Shown in pieces: positions 16,810 to 26,395 of a DNA stretch of 64,000 nucleotides. Both the position numbers and the translations under genes were made by a program. The notes under the pieces were generated by a model. That model saw only the letters and a program-made list of their open reading frames with translations, was not told the origin of the DNA and did no database searches. Source of the DNA: a virus; IMG/VR virus record IMGVR_UViG_3300042807_000094; one strand, written 5' to 3'. Numbering within the stretch: the stretch's first letter is position 1; the number at the start of each line of letters is the position of its first letter.

Positions 16810-18214
16810 TTTCTGTATTCTCCGTTATGTTTGCTCTAATAGATTGTCTAAACTTCTTGTACTTGTCTTTGAGGCGTTGAGCTTGATCTTTAGCTGTCAA
16901 GTTTGTTGTTTGACCCAGCGACAAGGGATCTTGATTTGTATTTGGTACCTTCATCTTGATACTCACATTCCTAGTACTCATGTCAATAGGGAATACGATA
17001 CCATCCGGTCCAAACCGATTCTTAGCAACAAAGATCCTGCCTGTATTGTTCTGCTTGTCTTCAATCGTTCTTGATACTGTAAAGATGAAATCAGCAACAA
17101 AGCATTTCGAAAAAGCTTCTGAGATTGATTCCATTGTGATTACTTCGGCATTCAAGCCAGACCGATTGGTCTGTGAAGCAGTCCAAATAGGGCATTGGAA
17201 CTGTTGTGCTAGTCCTCTTAGTCCCTCGTAGATTGATTCTAACTCGTTCCTCTTTTCCTTGTCTCTAGTGACCGGCTTTAGCAAGTCGCCATAGTCAACC
17301 ACCACCATGTCCACTTTTGTTCCCTTTGCACGCAACCTTTCAAGGTGTGATTGCAAAGTATTTACGCTAGCCGTTTTGGTGGGGTATTCTTTGATAATTA
17401 GTGCGCCGGGGACTTGCTCGACCGATTCACGAATGATTTCTTTGTGGTTCATCAACTCGCTTAGTGGAAGCTCGGTAATACAGCTATCGTACCTTTGCGC
17501 GATAACGGTGTCTGATAGCTCTAGGGTGTAGTGAACTACTGTCTTGCCTTGCTTGACCGCTTGCGCTCCCAAATGCACCAACACCATTGATTTACCGGCA
17601 CCCGTAGGGGCGATTACAACTCCTAGCTCTCCGTTACCAATACCGCCGCCCGTGATTTGGTCAATCTCGTTCCAAGTAGTTGGGATTGGATCTCGGGCCT
17701 TTAGTTCGAACCGACGTTCGAAATCCTTTAGGTAATCATAGCCAAAGTCATTCGAAGAACCAAGCTTTACAGCATCTGTGATCAACTTGGTGATTTCATC
17801 GAACGAAGCTGTGTTGATTAGCTTTGCCGACTTGATCATGACTTCTTTTAGCTTTTGCTTACGGCAAAAGTCTAGAGAAGTATCCTTGATAAAGCCGGAC
17901 TCTTCTACTTCTTCTCTAGCGAAAACCCGAGCGACGAAATCAACGACTTGTCGCTTTGTTGCATCATTCTCGTCATTCAGACCTGATTTGATGATTGTAA
18001 CCATAGTCTTGCGACTAGGATGAATCTTGTAGTTCTTTCGATGTTCGACAATCTTCTCGACAAACACACGAAGATACTTGAGTTCCAAGAAGTTTGGGTC
18101 AAATACTTCCAGTAGTTGATCTGCGAAAGGTCGATCATCGAGGATTAGACTACATAGGTCTTCTTGGAAAGACTTGCCGTACTGTGCAAAGTTGACCGGC
18201 TTCTGTTCCAACAT
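16793..18214 (-). CDS. Replicative DnaB-like (T4 gp41-like) helicase
   Basis: Walker A APTGAGKS, VVVDYGDLL, WTASQTNR, AKNRFG. Confidence 0.93.
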   Translation of the reverse strand: MLEQKPVNFAQYGKSFQEDLCSLILDDRPFADQLLEVFDPNFLELKYLRVFVEKIVEHRKNYKIHPSRKTMVTIIKSGLNDENDATKRQVVDFVARVFAREEVEESGFIKDTSLDFCRKQKLKEVMIKSAKLINTASFDEITKLITDAVKLGSSNDFGYDYLKDFERRFELKARDPIPTTWNEIDQITGGGIGNGELGVVIAPTGAGKSMVLVHLGAQAVKQGKTVVHYTLELSDTVIAQRYDSCITELPLSELMNHKEIIRESVEQVPGALIIKEYPTKTASVNTLQSHLERLRAKGTKVDMVVVDYGDLLKPVTRDKEKRNELESIYEGLRGLAQQFQCPIWTASQTNRSGLNAEVITMESISEAFSKCFVADFIFTVSRTIEDKQNNTGRIFVAKNRFGPDGIVFPIDMSTRNVSIKMKVPNTNQDPLSLGQTTNLTAKDQAQRLKDKYKKFRQSIRANITENTENESSN

Positions 18215-18241
18215 TAGTGTACCTCTTTATTTTCGAGTATA

Positions 18242-18270
18242 ATCATAACCCTTTCACGCTTGCCCGTCAA
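18242..18270 (-). promoter_or_regulatory. Sigma70-like promoter TTGACG-N17-TATGAT upstream of helicase/nrdJ
   Basis: Near-consensus, 17-nt spacer. Confidence 0.7.
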
Positions 18271-19249
18271 GCGTTTTGCTATTGCTTGACACAATGCGTC
18301 GAAGGCTAACAGTGATGTCCGACCAATCAAATGCTGCGAAGCCGTTCTTTAGAGAAAGAGACTTTAGATTAGTGATGTTCAGATCAAACCCAAAGTTATC
18401 CAAAGCGTAGTTGATTTTCTCACGACCTTGGACCGAGATAGAAGGAGGAGAAAGATTCATCATCTTGTAGTTGTCTTGGACAATGCTGAAGTTCCTAGCA
18501 ATGGTATCGTATGCACTAGACTGCTTTAGATTTTCATTGCAGTATTCCAACACCTCGCGAAGATAGAAGCCCTTGGTTTCCTTCAAGAAAGGAAAACGCT
18601 TGGCAATCGTCGCAAGACCAACGCCACCAACACCGGGAAGATTATCAGACTTGTCACCAGCAATGGCACGGGCGATTGCAAAGTTCTCAGGAGCAATACC
18701 ATACTCTTCGATAACATTCTTGCTAGTGTGAATCTGCTTTTGGATTGGACGATATAGGATAGTCTCTTCGTCTAGAAGTTGCAAGAAGTCCTTATCAGAA
18801 GAAACAATAATCCTCTGCCACCCATCATACTTAGAGTGTGAGCAAACATAGGAAATCAAATCATCTGCTTCCACATTATCCAGCATAAGCTGAATGATGG
18901 GCATCTCGTTGATAACTTCCAAAAGAAGAGAGTGCTGCCAGACTTGGTTCTCTTTCTTGCTTTGCTCGCTCATACCTTCCACTTCGTAGTTGGTACGAAT
19001 AGGCTTACGACCAGCCTTGTATTCCTTAATGATCTCACGACGCTTCTGAGAGCCGCCGGGACCATCCCAGCAAATAACCACTTGGGTAGGCTTCATTTCC
19101 CTCATTAGCTTGTTTAGAGAGCCAAGGAAGCCTACAACACCGCCAATAGGATTACCATTGGTGGAAATAGCGGGATTGACAATGTATCCACGAAGATACA
19201 TGTTCAGCCCGTCAATAATCATAACTCGCTTATTATTGTCAGTCGCCAT
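18254..19249 (-). CDS. 5'-3' exonuclease / flap endonuclease (T4 RNase H, PolI N-domain family)
   Basis: IIDGLNM, WDG, EYKAGR, VEADDLI, SSDKDFLQL, GDKSDNLPGVGGVG; start behind GGAGG. Confidence 0.92.
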   Translation of the reverse strand: MATDNNKRVMIIDGLNMYLRGYIVNPAISTNGNPIGGVVGFLGSLNKLMREMKPTQVVICWDGPGGSQKRREIIKEYKAGRKPIRTNYEVEGMSEQSKKENQVWQHSLLLEVINEMPIIQLMLDNVEADDLISYVCSHSKYDGWQRIIVSSDKDFLQLLDEETILYRPIQKQIHTSKNVIEEYGIAPENFAIARAIAGDKSDNLPGVGGVGLATIAKRFPFLKETKGFYLREVLEYCNENLKQSSAYDTIARNFSIVQDNYKMMNLSPPSISVQGREKINYALDNFGFDLNITNLKSLSLKNGFAAFDWSDITVSLRRIVSSNSKTLDGQA

Positions 19250-19712
19250 TGTTTGCCTCCTTCTTCGGCTTAGGCTGTCTCGTTTGGTAAAACAAATCTT
19301 CATCGGTCAAACCATTGCTGAGCTTGATGCTGGCAACATGCTCATCGTCAACGGTGTAAACCACCTTCTTGATCCCAACATGCTCCATGACTCGGAGACA
19401 CATTGGACACGGCTTCGAAAGCCGAAACTCATTCCTCTTTCCGACGCGGGCAACGTACATAACAGCCCCATCGGTAACATCGCGAGCAATGCCAAGAACA
19501 GCACCGACTTCGGCGTGTTGCGTAGCATGACCGCAGTTATGATTGCGAAAACGATTCGCCCACCAAACAGATCGCAAATCATTGCAAGACGTATTGATGA
19601 TAGAACCGCCCTTAACAAGAACGGCTCCGTGGCGATAATCCGGGGAATCTGAGCAAGTCGCAATCTTCTTGGCCAGTTCCAAATACCTGCGCTGTCGCTT
19701 CGTCAAACTCAT
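19239..19712 (-). CDS. Cytidine/deoxycytidylate deaminase family protein
   Basis: HGAVLVKGG, HAE, SKPCPMC zinc motifs. Confidence 0.85.
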   Translation of the reverse strand: MSLTKRQRRYLELAKKIATCSDSPDYRHGAVLVKGGSIINTSCNDLRSVWWANRFRNHNCGHATQHAEVGAVLGIARDVTDGAVMYVARVGKRNEFRLSKPCPMCLRVMEHVGIKKVVYTVDDEHVASIKLSNGLTDEDLFYQTRQPKPKKEANNGD

Positions 19713-19715
19713 GAA

Positions 19716-19760
19716 CCCCTCATACGTTTATAATATATCGTATGAGGGGCCGAGCGTCCA
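19716..19760 (-). promoter_or_regulatory. 11-bp inverted repeat over the deaminase RBS, overlapping candidate promoter TGGACG-N17-TATATT
   Basis: CCCCTCATACG 19716-19726 / CGTATGAGGGG 19739-19749. Confidence 0.55.
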
Positions 19761-19782
19761 GCAGAACTTTGTCAAGCGAATG

Positions 19783-20913
19783 TCAGTCTAGCTCGTCGTC
19801 CACTGAGTCTACGTCAAAGTAATCTTCTGCATTACCTTCGCGAGTCTCAAACTTCACAATGATCTCTTCATCCATCAACTGCAAAACTCTTTCCCTGAAT
19901 CTATCAGACTCTAGCTTCTCTTTCCAGTTAGCTGCTTGGAACTTCTCTTTGGTTCCATCTTCATAGACCAGCGAGAACCAAGCTCCTGCCTGTTCAAGAT
20001 GTTTAGAAGACTTAACTGCATTGAACCAGCTTTCTTCGTCTTGGACCTTTGCGAGTCCTCCTGCCCAAATAATCTTGAATGTACACTCACGATTGAGAGA
20101 GCCGAAACGTGACTTCTTGATCTTAGCCTTGACTTCCGAACCGATTGGATAACCACGTTCATCAAGAATGTAGCTGTCCTTTGCCTTACGACCAGTTAGC
20201 CAAATACGCAGCGAGTATGCATACGCTGGTGCCTTGCCACCGGGAGTAAAATAAGGCTCTGTCAGAAGCTCTGCCCTATTAGAAGTAATATTAGTCTTAA
20301 GCTGATTAAGGATCAACAGTGTAGACTTGGTATTAGCGATAGGGATTGTTAGCTTAGAAAAAGCTCTTGACAAGATTCTTGGCTTCATAGCCATTGAGGA
20401 CATTGGATCAAACGAACCTTCTACGTCTGCTGCTGCTGGCGTATTAGCTAGTGAGTCCCAAATAAAGAACATAGAACCGTTATTAGCGGTCAGTAGTTCT
20501 TCGATTGTCTCCAGAACCAGTTCTGTTGTTGTTGCTTGGATGTATAGAAGCTTATTTAGATCACAACCTGTTGCTTCTAGAAACTCTGGATCTACTGCTG
20601 ATTCTGAATCAAAGTAGACTACATCCATTCCTTTTGCCATTGCGTTTGCTGCGATTTGTGCAGCCATGTATGATTTACCGGTACCTTCTAGACCGGCGAT
20701 TTCTGTAATCTTTCCTACGGGGATACCAGCAAGCTTACCACGGCAAATAATAGAATCCAACCAGCGTGCGCCAGTTGGAACCCAATCAGTTACCTCAGTT
20801 GGATTTTCCTTCGTTAGATCATGAGCAATCTCTTGTCCATACTTCTTATTGACAAGGTTTCTCATTTCTGCGATGGATAGCTTGCCCGGTTTACTTTCAG
20901 TCTTACGGGCCAT
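19783..20913 (-). CDS. recA: RecA/UvsX-like recombinase
   Basis: GIPVGKITEIAGLEGTGKS, YFDSESAVD, WDSLA, NQLK, TPGGKA. Confidence 0.93.
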   Translation of the reverse strand: MARKTESKPGKLSIAEMRNLVNKKYGQEIAHDLTKENPTEVTDWVPTGARWLDSIICRGKLAGIPVGKITEIAGLEGTGKSYMAAQIAANAMAKGMDVVYFDSESAVDPEFLEATGCDLNKLLYIQATTTELVLETIEELLTANNGSMFFIWDSLANTPAAADVEGSFDPMSSMAMKPRILSRAFSKLTIPIANTKSTLLILNQLKTNITSNRAELLTEPYFTPGGKAPAYAYSLRIWLTGRKAKDSYILDERGYPIGSEVKAKIKKSRFGSLNRECTFKIIWAGGLAKVQDEESWFNAVKSSKHLEQAGAWFSLVYEDGTKEKFQAANWKEKLESDRFRERVLQLMDEEIIVKFETREGNAEDYFDVDSVDDELD

Positions 20914-20924
20914 TACAACTCCAT

Positions 20925-21137
20925 TTAGTTTATTGTAAATGCGTGTGATCTAGCGTGATTCTTACCAACAACATAGATTGTATTTGTTTCTTCTTTGACT
21001 TGGACTAAACCAATCTTAGGTTCAGAACCATAAGCATTCACAAATGGTATAGCAGCCCAAGCTACTATTAAAACAAATACAGCCCAAAGGGTGTAGTTAA
21101 CATCAAACTGATACAAACGCTCGTCTTCTTCTTTCAT
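20925..21137 (-). CDS. Small membrane protein
   Basis: One hydrophobic helix TLWAVFVLIVAWAAIPFV; GGAG RBS. Confidence 0.55.
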   Translation of the reverse strand: MKEEDERLYQFDVNYTLWAVFVLIVAWAAIPFVNAYGSEPKIGLVQVKEETNTIYVVGKNHARSHAFTIN

Positions 21138-21151
21138 ACCCGTACTCCGAA

Positions 21152-21189
21152 ACCGGAGAGCCGTAGCTCTCCGGTCGAGTATAAGTAGT
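21152..21189 (-). promoter_or_regulatory. ACTACTTA motif (21182-21189) followed by 10-bp C(UACG)G hairpin (21152-21175)
   Basis: ACCGGAGAGC-TACG-GCTCTCCGGT directly after ssb stop. Confidence 0.55.
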
Positions 21190-21194
21190 TTTTA

Positions 21195-21983
21195 TCACTT
21201 ACTAGCGGCACTAATCTCACGGAAAACTGAGTTCAAAAGATCATCGTCCGAGCTTGTATTAGCGTTGTACTTCTGAACTTCTGGGCCTGCACCATTTTGG
21301 TCGCTTAGGAACTCATCAAGAAGATTAGTGATTTGTTGCGCGGTCAAACGCTCAAACAACGAATCAAATGACGGCATTGACTCTAGGAGTTCGGCGCAAC
21401 GAGTTGAACCACCGATTGCCTTAGAGCAAAGCACAGAGGTCTTACGACGAGGAGCAACGTCAGTCTCAGCGAACATACGACCGGTCTTGGTGGAGTACGA
21501 GATTGTCAAATCGGTACCCTCTTCGGTATCGGTGATATCACCATAGTCTGGATTCAACACAAGGCTCAACAGCTTCTTGTAAACAGTACCGCCATAACCC
21601 CAAACACGGATACCCTTGTCTTCTTCACCACGGACCAAAACTGGTGAGAAGTAACGCTCCTTCACGAATAGCGACTTAGCGAGCTTCTTATCTTCATCGT
21701 CGTTGTTAGCGACACCATCACGCCAAGTCTGTGAAGCAAACTCACAGATTGGGCATTGCTCACCAAAGTTCTTCTTCAGACACAATACAGTCTTACGCTT
21801 ACCACCAACCTCTAGGTAGTGGAAGTGGAAATCACGGAACGGATCTCCGTCTGATGGGCACACAATGCGAATGTCTTGCTCGCCCTCTACTGGCTTCCAA
21901 AAAGTCGAAACCTTACTGGACGTATCGCCCTTACTCTCGGTTGCAGAAAGCTTAGCCTTCATCTTGCTGATATCAATAGCCAT
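21195..21983 (-). CDS. Single-stranded DNA-binding protein, T4 gp32-like
   Basis: FWKP, HFHYL, CPICE, RYFSPVLVRG, WGYG, DYGDITD; acidic C-tail. Confidence 0.85.
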   Translation of the reverse strand: MAIDISKMKAKLSATESKGDTSSKVSTFWKPVEGEQDIRIVCPSDGDPFRDFHFHYLEVGGKRKTVLCLKKNFGEQCPICEFASQTWRDGVANNDDEDKKLAKSLFVKERYFSPVLVRGEEDKGIRVWGYGGTVYKKLLSLVLNPDYGDITDTEEGTDLTISYSTKTGRMFAETDVAPRRKTSVLCSKAIGGSTRCAELLESMPSFDSLFERLTAQQITNLLDEFLSDQNGAGPEVQKYNANTSSDDDLLNSVFREISAASK

Positions 21984-22044
21984 TTTGTTTTTTCCTTTAT
22001 GTTAGTTGTGGGTTTTACCCTAAAGTCAATAGGAAGATTTATTC

Positions 22045-22878
22045 CTATCGCTGCTCTTGCACGAATGAAGTATGTTCCAAGACATACACTAAATCTCTAT
22101 CATACTTTGTAGGATAGAAACTGAATGAAACGGTTTTGGTTTCCGTTGTGTTAGATTTTACTTCTTCTTTAGCACGCTTCAGTAAGTCGTTCGATTTTGA
22201 CAACCGTGCCTCACTGATAGCATAAATGTAACTCTCTTCTCTTACGTTGGCAAGGCCGTAGAACATCTTTTTTACATCGTCTTCAAGACTCTTGATTCCG
22301 ATAGTAGAAATACGATTTGTTTCTGTCGGTTGATCCAAGCTGCCCATAATAGGCGAGTTGTTACGATACACATTGATCATGTGCAAGGTATTAGCAATCA
22401 AAACATTGATTTGATCCCAATACCCAATAATAGGTAGTTCGCCAGCGATTTCTTCAACCTTCTGATTGTTGATCAGATAGATCCGCTCAAACTTACCGGA
22501 TCGTGTGAAATGCTGTAATACATTTGTTACGACCTTCTGATTCAAAGCTTTCTTATGGCTTAACGTAACTGGATCAGCTTCAACGCTGACAATCGTGATA
22601 TTGCGATCCTTGATTCCCTCTAAGATTCGGAGTGACAAAGCGGAGACAAGAGAACCACCGCTCACAATCATTATAACATCATCACTGGTCAAACAGCCAT
22701 ACAATAATGTCAAATCGATGTTAGTTGATTCATAGGCTTCGGGATCGTTATGCTTCTTGATTCGAATGGTCCTTTCTACTTGTTGATCGTGGTCTACACA
22801 AACAACATTGTATTGTGGGTATTTTTCGAACTGTGCCGCGATTCTCGATCCGACACCTCCCAAGCCGATAACATTCAT
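22045..22878 (-). CDS. Divergent tubulin/FtsZ (PhuZ/TubZ-like) family protein
   Basis: VIGLGGVGSRIA, VVCVD, degenerate signature SGGSLVS, IYLINN, YWDQINVLIA. Confidence 0.65.
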   Translation of the reverse strand: MNVIGLGGVGSRIAAQFEKYPQYNVVCVDHDQQVERTIRIKKHNDPEAYESTNIDLTLLYGCLTSDDVIMIVSGGSLVSALSLRILEGIKDRNITIVSVEADPVTLSHKKALNQKVVTNVLQHFTRSGKFERIYLINNQKVEEIAGELPIIGYWDQINVLIANTLHMINVYRNNSPIMGSLDQPTETNRISTIGIKSLEDDVKKMFYGLANVREESYIYAISEARLSKSNDLLKRAKEEVKSNTTETKTVSFSFYPTKYDRDLVYVLEHTSFVQEQR

Positions 22879-24083
22879 AGGTCAATCACCTTTAGATTCT
22901 CAAAATCTTTTCCTGCTTTCATTGTGGCAACAAATCCATCCTTACGAACAATCTCCAAGATTTGGAAGATTAGTTTCCGTTCAGACCAGTCAAAGTCAAT
23001 AACAATCGAATCATGAATCGAGAAAGCCAAATAAGATTTCTTGCCTTTCAGGAGATCATAAATCTCAACAAGCTTTCGACCAACGTAATCAGCCGTCGTG
23101 CTTTGAACCAAATACGGAATGGCATGGTCTCTATCGCATTCGATAGTTCTGCCAAACGGGTTCTGAACTGCCTTACCATCCCAATGCTCCCTAAGTAAGT
23201 AATCACGACTATAGACTTTTTCCAAACGATCATCACGCTTTTCGAAATCGTATAACCAGCCAAACATCATCTTCTTTGCCAGATCTCTATCAGTATCTTT
23301 CCCGAATACATTCTGAATGTTCCAGTCATGGATATCGATTGGTGGTTGCTCTTTACCTTGGATAAAGAACAAAGACCTCAGATCTGCTGCATTGTAATCA
23401 ATCTCCAAGAACATGTCATTGTTAGGCTTGATAAATCTACGCAGATCTTTGTCGAAACGAAGAATAGGAAACGAATCCTTGGTTGTTGTCAACCTTCCTG
23501 TCTTTACCGAGAATGGGTCATAAACAATCTTTCTTGGATAAGAACGCATTCTTTCTATAAAATCTCGTACCTTCTTCTTATGCTTTTCGCTGTTCATCGC
23601 AGCCGAATCAATACAGAGCCGACGAGTTGAAATATCGTGTAGAACTTCTTGAAGTCTAACAAGGTAATCATGATTGCTTGGTTTCTCAACATTCTGAAAT
23701 ACCCAATCACAGATCTTTGTTTTTACCTTGGCATAATCTTCCAAGAAACCTTTGCTAACCAAATCATAAAAACAGTTTTCGTTTAGATTGATCTTTGCCA
23801 AAAGAAACGAACGATAAAGAGCCTTCAGCTTAGAACTAGCTTTCTCATACTCTTCCTTGTATTCTTCAGGACAAACTTCATCAAGTTCTTTACCACCAAC
23901 GTAAATCTTGGCGAAGTCAATACCCGAAGGCAAATAGGGTGCCCAAGCCCATGTACGATTCAGAGAAGAGAAATCTACTTGTGCCATTCCAGAAAGCTGG
24001 TTATTCGCAAATACCGCAGCGCATTCGTTCTTCGAATCAAACGTCTGGAAAATCATTCGGCCCTCGTACAATGAATGTATCAC
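22875..24083 (-). CDS. Compact family A DNA polymerase-like protein without exonuclease domains
   Basis: KTGRLT, motif A DYNAADLR, motif B RDLAKKMMFGWLY, NPFGR, VQSTTADY, motif C IHDSIV. Confidence 0.78.
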   Translation of the reverse strand: MIHSLYEGRMIFQTFDSKNECAAVFANNQLSGMAQVDFSSLNRTWAWAPYLPSGIDFAKIYVGGKELDEVCPEEYKEEYEKASSKLKALYRSFLLAKINLNENCFYDLVSKGFLEDYAKVKTKICDWVFQNVEKPSNHDYLVRLQEVLHDISTRRLCIDSAAMNSEKHKKKVRDFIERMRSYPRKIVYDPFSVKTGRLTTTKDSFPILRFDKDLRRFIKPNNDMFLEIDYNAADLRSLFFIQGKEQPPIDIHDWNIQNVFGKDTDRDLAKKMMFGWLYDFEKRDDRLEKVYSRDYLLREHWDGKAVQNPFGRTIECDRDHAIPYLVQSTTADYVGRKLVEIYDLLKGKKSYLAFSIHDSIVIDFDWSERKLIFQILEIVRKDGFVATMKAGKDFENLKVIDL

Positions 24084-24102
24084 CGTACCGCAGGGCCGTC
24101 AA
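24074..24102 (-). promoter_or_regulatory. Sigma70-like promoter TTGACG-N17-TACATT
   Basis: 17-nt spacer, at the boundary between structural and replication modules. Confidence 0.6.
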
Positions 24103-24114
24103 GTCAAATAGGTG

Positions 24115-24987
24115 TCAAGAGTTCGACAACTGGATTGCGCGGGCGAGGACTCGACCATGATCCATGCCGAAACAATCGATCTTCCTATCGGTTATGTGGA
24201 AGTGGTTTACGAACCCCTTGAAATCGCTCCAATCGATGGTTCTGTCGAATCTGTCTGGTAACTGTAGCGGAATGCCATGTGCGCGGTGAACCGCCTCCCA
24301 AAGTGAAGCTAAAGCCTCATACTGAGCATCATAAAAGTCTAAGTGGCTGTCGATCATACCACCGTGTCCCTTTACTGCTTTGGTAAGCGGTCTTGGACCG
24401 AAGCCATTTCTGATATACCAATCTTGATGCTTTGTGTAGAAAGCATTCGATACTTCGACCCCAATAGAAACCTCGTTGGCTGGTGAGGCGTGCCAAGCAA
24501 TATTCGCTGTATCAAGATACTGATAGATTGTACCGTCATTGTCGATAGAGAAGTGAACCGACAACCCGCGATCCTTCAAAACATTATAGCAACTAGCTGC
24601 TGACAAGCAAACATCCCAATGTGTTACAAATAATGAAGGAGTTCTAGTTGTCTTCTTGACGAAGCCCTTAGTCAAGACAAATCCACCTTTGTCCTTCCAA
24701 GTTATTGCTTTGCCAGATTTGAGAGGTACTTCCTTTCCATTGCAGATAATGCTGCTGCCACTCCAAGTCGGGATGCTTGGTTTCACATCATCGGCATCAT
24801 CCTTTTCTAGAATAATCCTACGATATGTATTAGGCCCCAACATACCATCAGCAGACAGGTTATACTTACGCTGGAATGTTTTGACGGCCTCAACGAAAGT
24901 TTCATCGATTTTTGACAAACCCAATATTGAAGCGTTCCAGCCGATTCTCTTCGATTCGTCCAAGTTATATTGTAGTGCTTTTGACAT
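24115..24987 (-). CDS. Endolysin: peptidoglycan-binding domain plus N-acetylmuramoyl-L-alanine amidase (Amidase_2)
   Basis: VKTFQRKYNLSADGMLGPNT; FVTHWD, SVHFSIDNDGTIYQ, AWHA, SIGVEV. Confidence 0.85.
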   Translation of the reverse strand: MSKALQYNLDESKRIGWNASILGLSKIDETFVEAVKTFQRKYNLSADGMLGPNTYRRIILEKDDADDVKPSIPTWSGSSIICNGKEVPLKSGKAITWKDKGGFVLTKGFVKKTTRTPSLFVTHWDVCLSAASCYNVLKDRGLSVHFSIDNDGTIYQYLDTANIAWHASPANEVSIGVEVSNAFYTKHQDWYIRNGFGPRPLTKAVKGHGGMIDSHLDFYDAQYEALASLWEAVHRAHGIPLQLPDRFDRTIDWSDFKGFVNHFHITDRKIDCFGMDHGRVLARAIQLSNS

Positions 24988-24998
24988 TTATTTGCTCC

Positions 24999-26381
24999 TC
25001 AGTAATCATAACGTGTTAGTCTAATAAGTGCAAGTGCTTCTTCATTAGAAAAACTCTCAATGTTTGTAAATCCTTTTTTATCAAGTCGGATAACTTCTAT
25101 AGCCAATCTCAACTTCTGATTAATATATTTCAGAGCTTCTTCGATACCATACTTGTCATAAATAAACTTAGATGTTATTTCAAATCTATTCAACGACTTC
25201 TCAGTGAATCCTAATCTCATTTCATTATTTTTAGTTCTGATATATAGAGATAATAATAAATGATCATTTAGTAGTTGTTGTATTAGTTGTGATTGGCTGG
25301 CATATCTATAAACTCTTTTAGTATGTAAAGAACCATCATAATATGTAGCAACATTTTCAAACCTAAATGTGTTTAAGAAAGTATTGTATGCTAAATCAAA
25401 AAGATTTCTCATAGTACTAAAATCAGCCAAATAAGCTGGCTCATAATAGAAATCCACTACCTCATCAGCAGTCTTAAGTTCAAGACCATTGAGATACGAA
25501 ATGCCACACGAACAAATGTTGTCTCTCATTCGCGAAGAGTTAAGATTAGCAATCAACTTGAAAGGGTATTCTTTCGCTATAACAAATCCAAAAGAAAGTG
25601 CTGTGTCTCTATAATAGCTAAAGTTGGGATCAAGTATAATACTCTTGACCTTATCTTTATCGGAATCATAAGCAACATTAGCAATATCCAAACAAAGACC
25701 GTTATAGTTGATATCGAACTTATCGGTTAGAACCATTGACGAATAGTTTACAAATCCCTTTCGAGAATATAGTAGAATATAGTTTGCGAAGTAGTTTAGG
25801 AAATGTTCAGGAGTTATTACCTTTTTTCTATTTGTGCTATCTTGTCTAGAATAACTAATAAACTGCTTTATGATTGAATCAAGATTCGATTCTAAAGCAC
25901 GACTACCATCGTCCATTGATTTCTTCACATCTAAGTTTGAAAGCAAAAAGCCGTTTGCTATTCCTTTGCCTTCGAACATGCCGCGTGAATATGCTTTTCT
26001 CATATTGATGAAGGAGTTAACAACAAAGTCTAATGCTGTAAAACCGCCATTGTTCTCCAAATAAAACGAAAGATATTGTTTCTTTGGTCTTAATGGTATT
26101 ACATCCTTGTCAACTGTCCCATATAGAGGAAGTCTTGTATCGTTAAAAATACTAAAAACACCTTCTAACTGAATCTCGTCCTGATCGTGTGTGATCACGG
26201 TCGTAGGATTCGTCGTTGTTACTGGACTTGGGCCTGTTGTAGCATAAGCATCTGCATTATACTTTTGTTTTGCTTGAAAAGCATCTTTAGCTCCAAGAGA
26301 GTTATTGCCCTTGAAAGTTCTAGCTAATAGTTCTTTATTGGCCGAATCAGAAGAATCGTTTGAAAAAATATCATACTGCAT
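24999..26381 (-). CDS. Hypothetical protein (baseplate region)
   Basis: 460-aa AT-rich ORF in structural gene run. Confidence 0.6.
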   Translation of the reverse strand: MQYDIFSNDSSDSANKELLARTFKGNNSLGAKDAFQAKQKYNADAYATTGPSPVTTTNPTTVITHDQDEIQLEGVFSIFNDTRLPLYGTVDKDVIPLRPKKQYLSFYLENNGGFTALDFVVNSFINMRKAYSRGMFEGKGIANGFLLSNLDVKKSMDDGSRALESNLDSIIKQFISYSRQDSTNRKKVITPEHFLNYFANYILLYSRKGFVNYSSMVLTDKFDINYNGLCLDIANVAYDSDKDKVKSIILDPNFSYYRDTALSFGFVIAKEYPFKLIANLNSSRMRDNICSCGISYLNGLELKTADEVVDFYYEPAYLADFSTMRNLFDLAYNTFLNTFRFENVATYYDGSLHTKRVYRYASQSQLIQQLLNDHLLLSLYIRTKNNEMRLGFTEKSLNRFEITSKFIYDKYGIEEALKYINQKLRLAIEVIRLDKKGFTNIESFSNEEALALIRLTRYDY

Positions 26382-26395
26382 CTAGAACCTCCTTG

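Noticed and set aside
22045-22878. Phage-nucleus (chimallin) system implied by the tubulin-like gene
   Set aside because: No shell protein or multi-subunit RNA polymerase is recognisable here, and the virion genes are T4-like rather than phiKZ-like.
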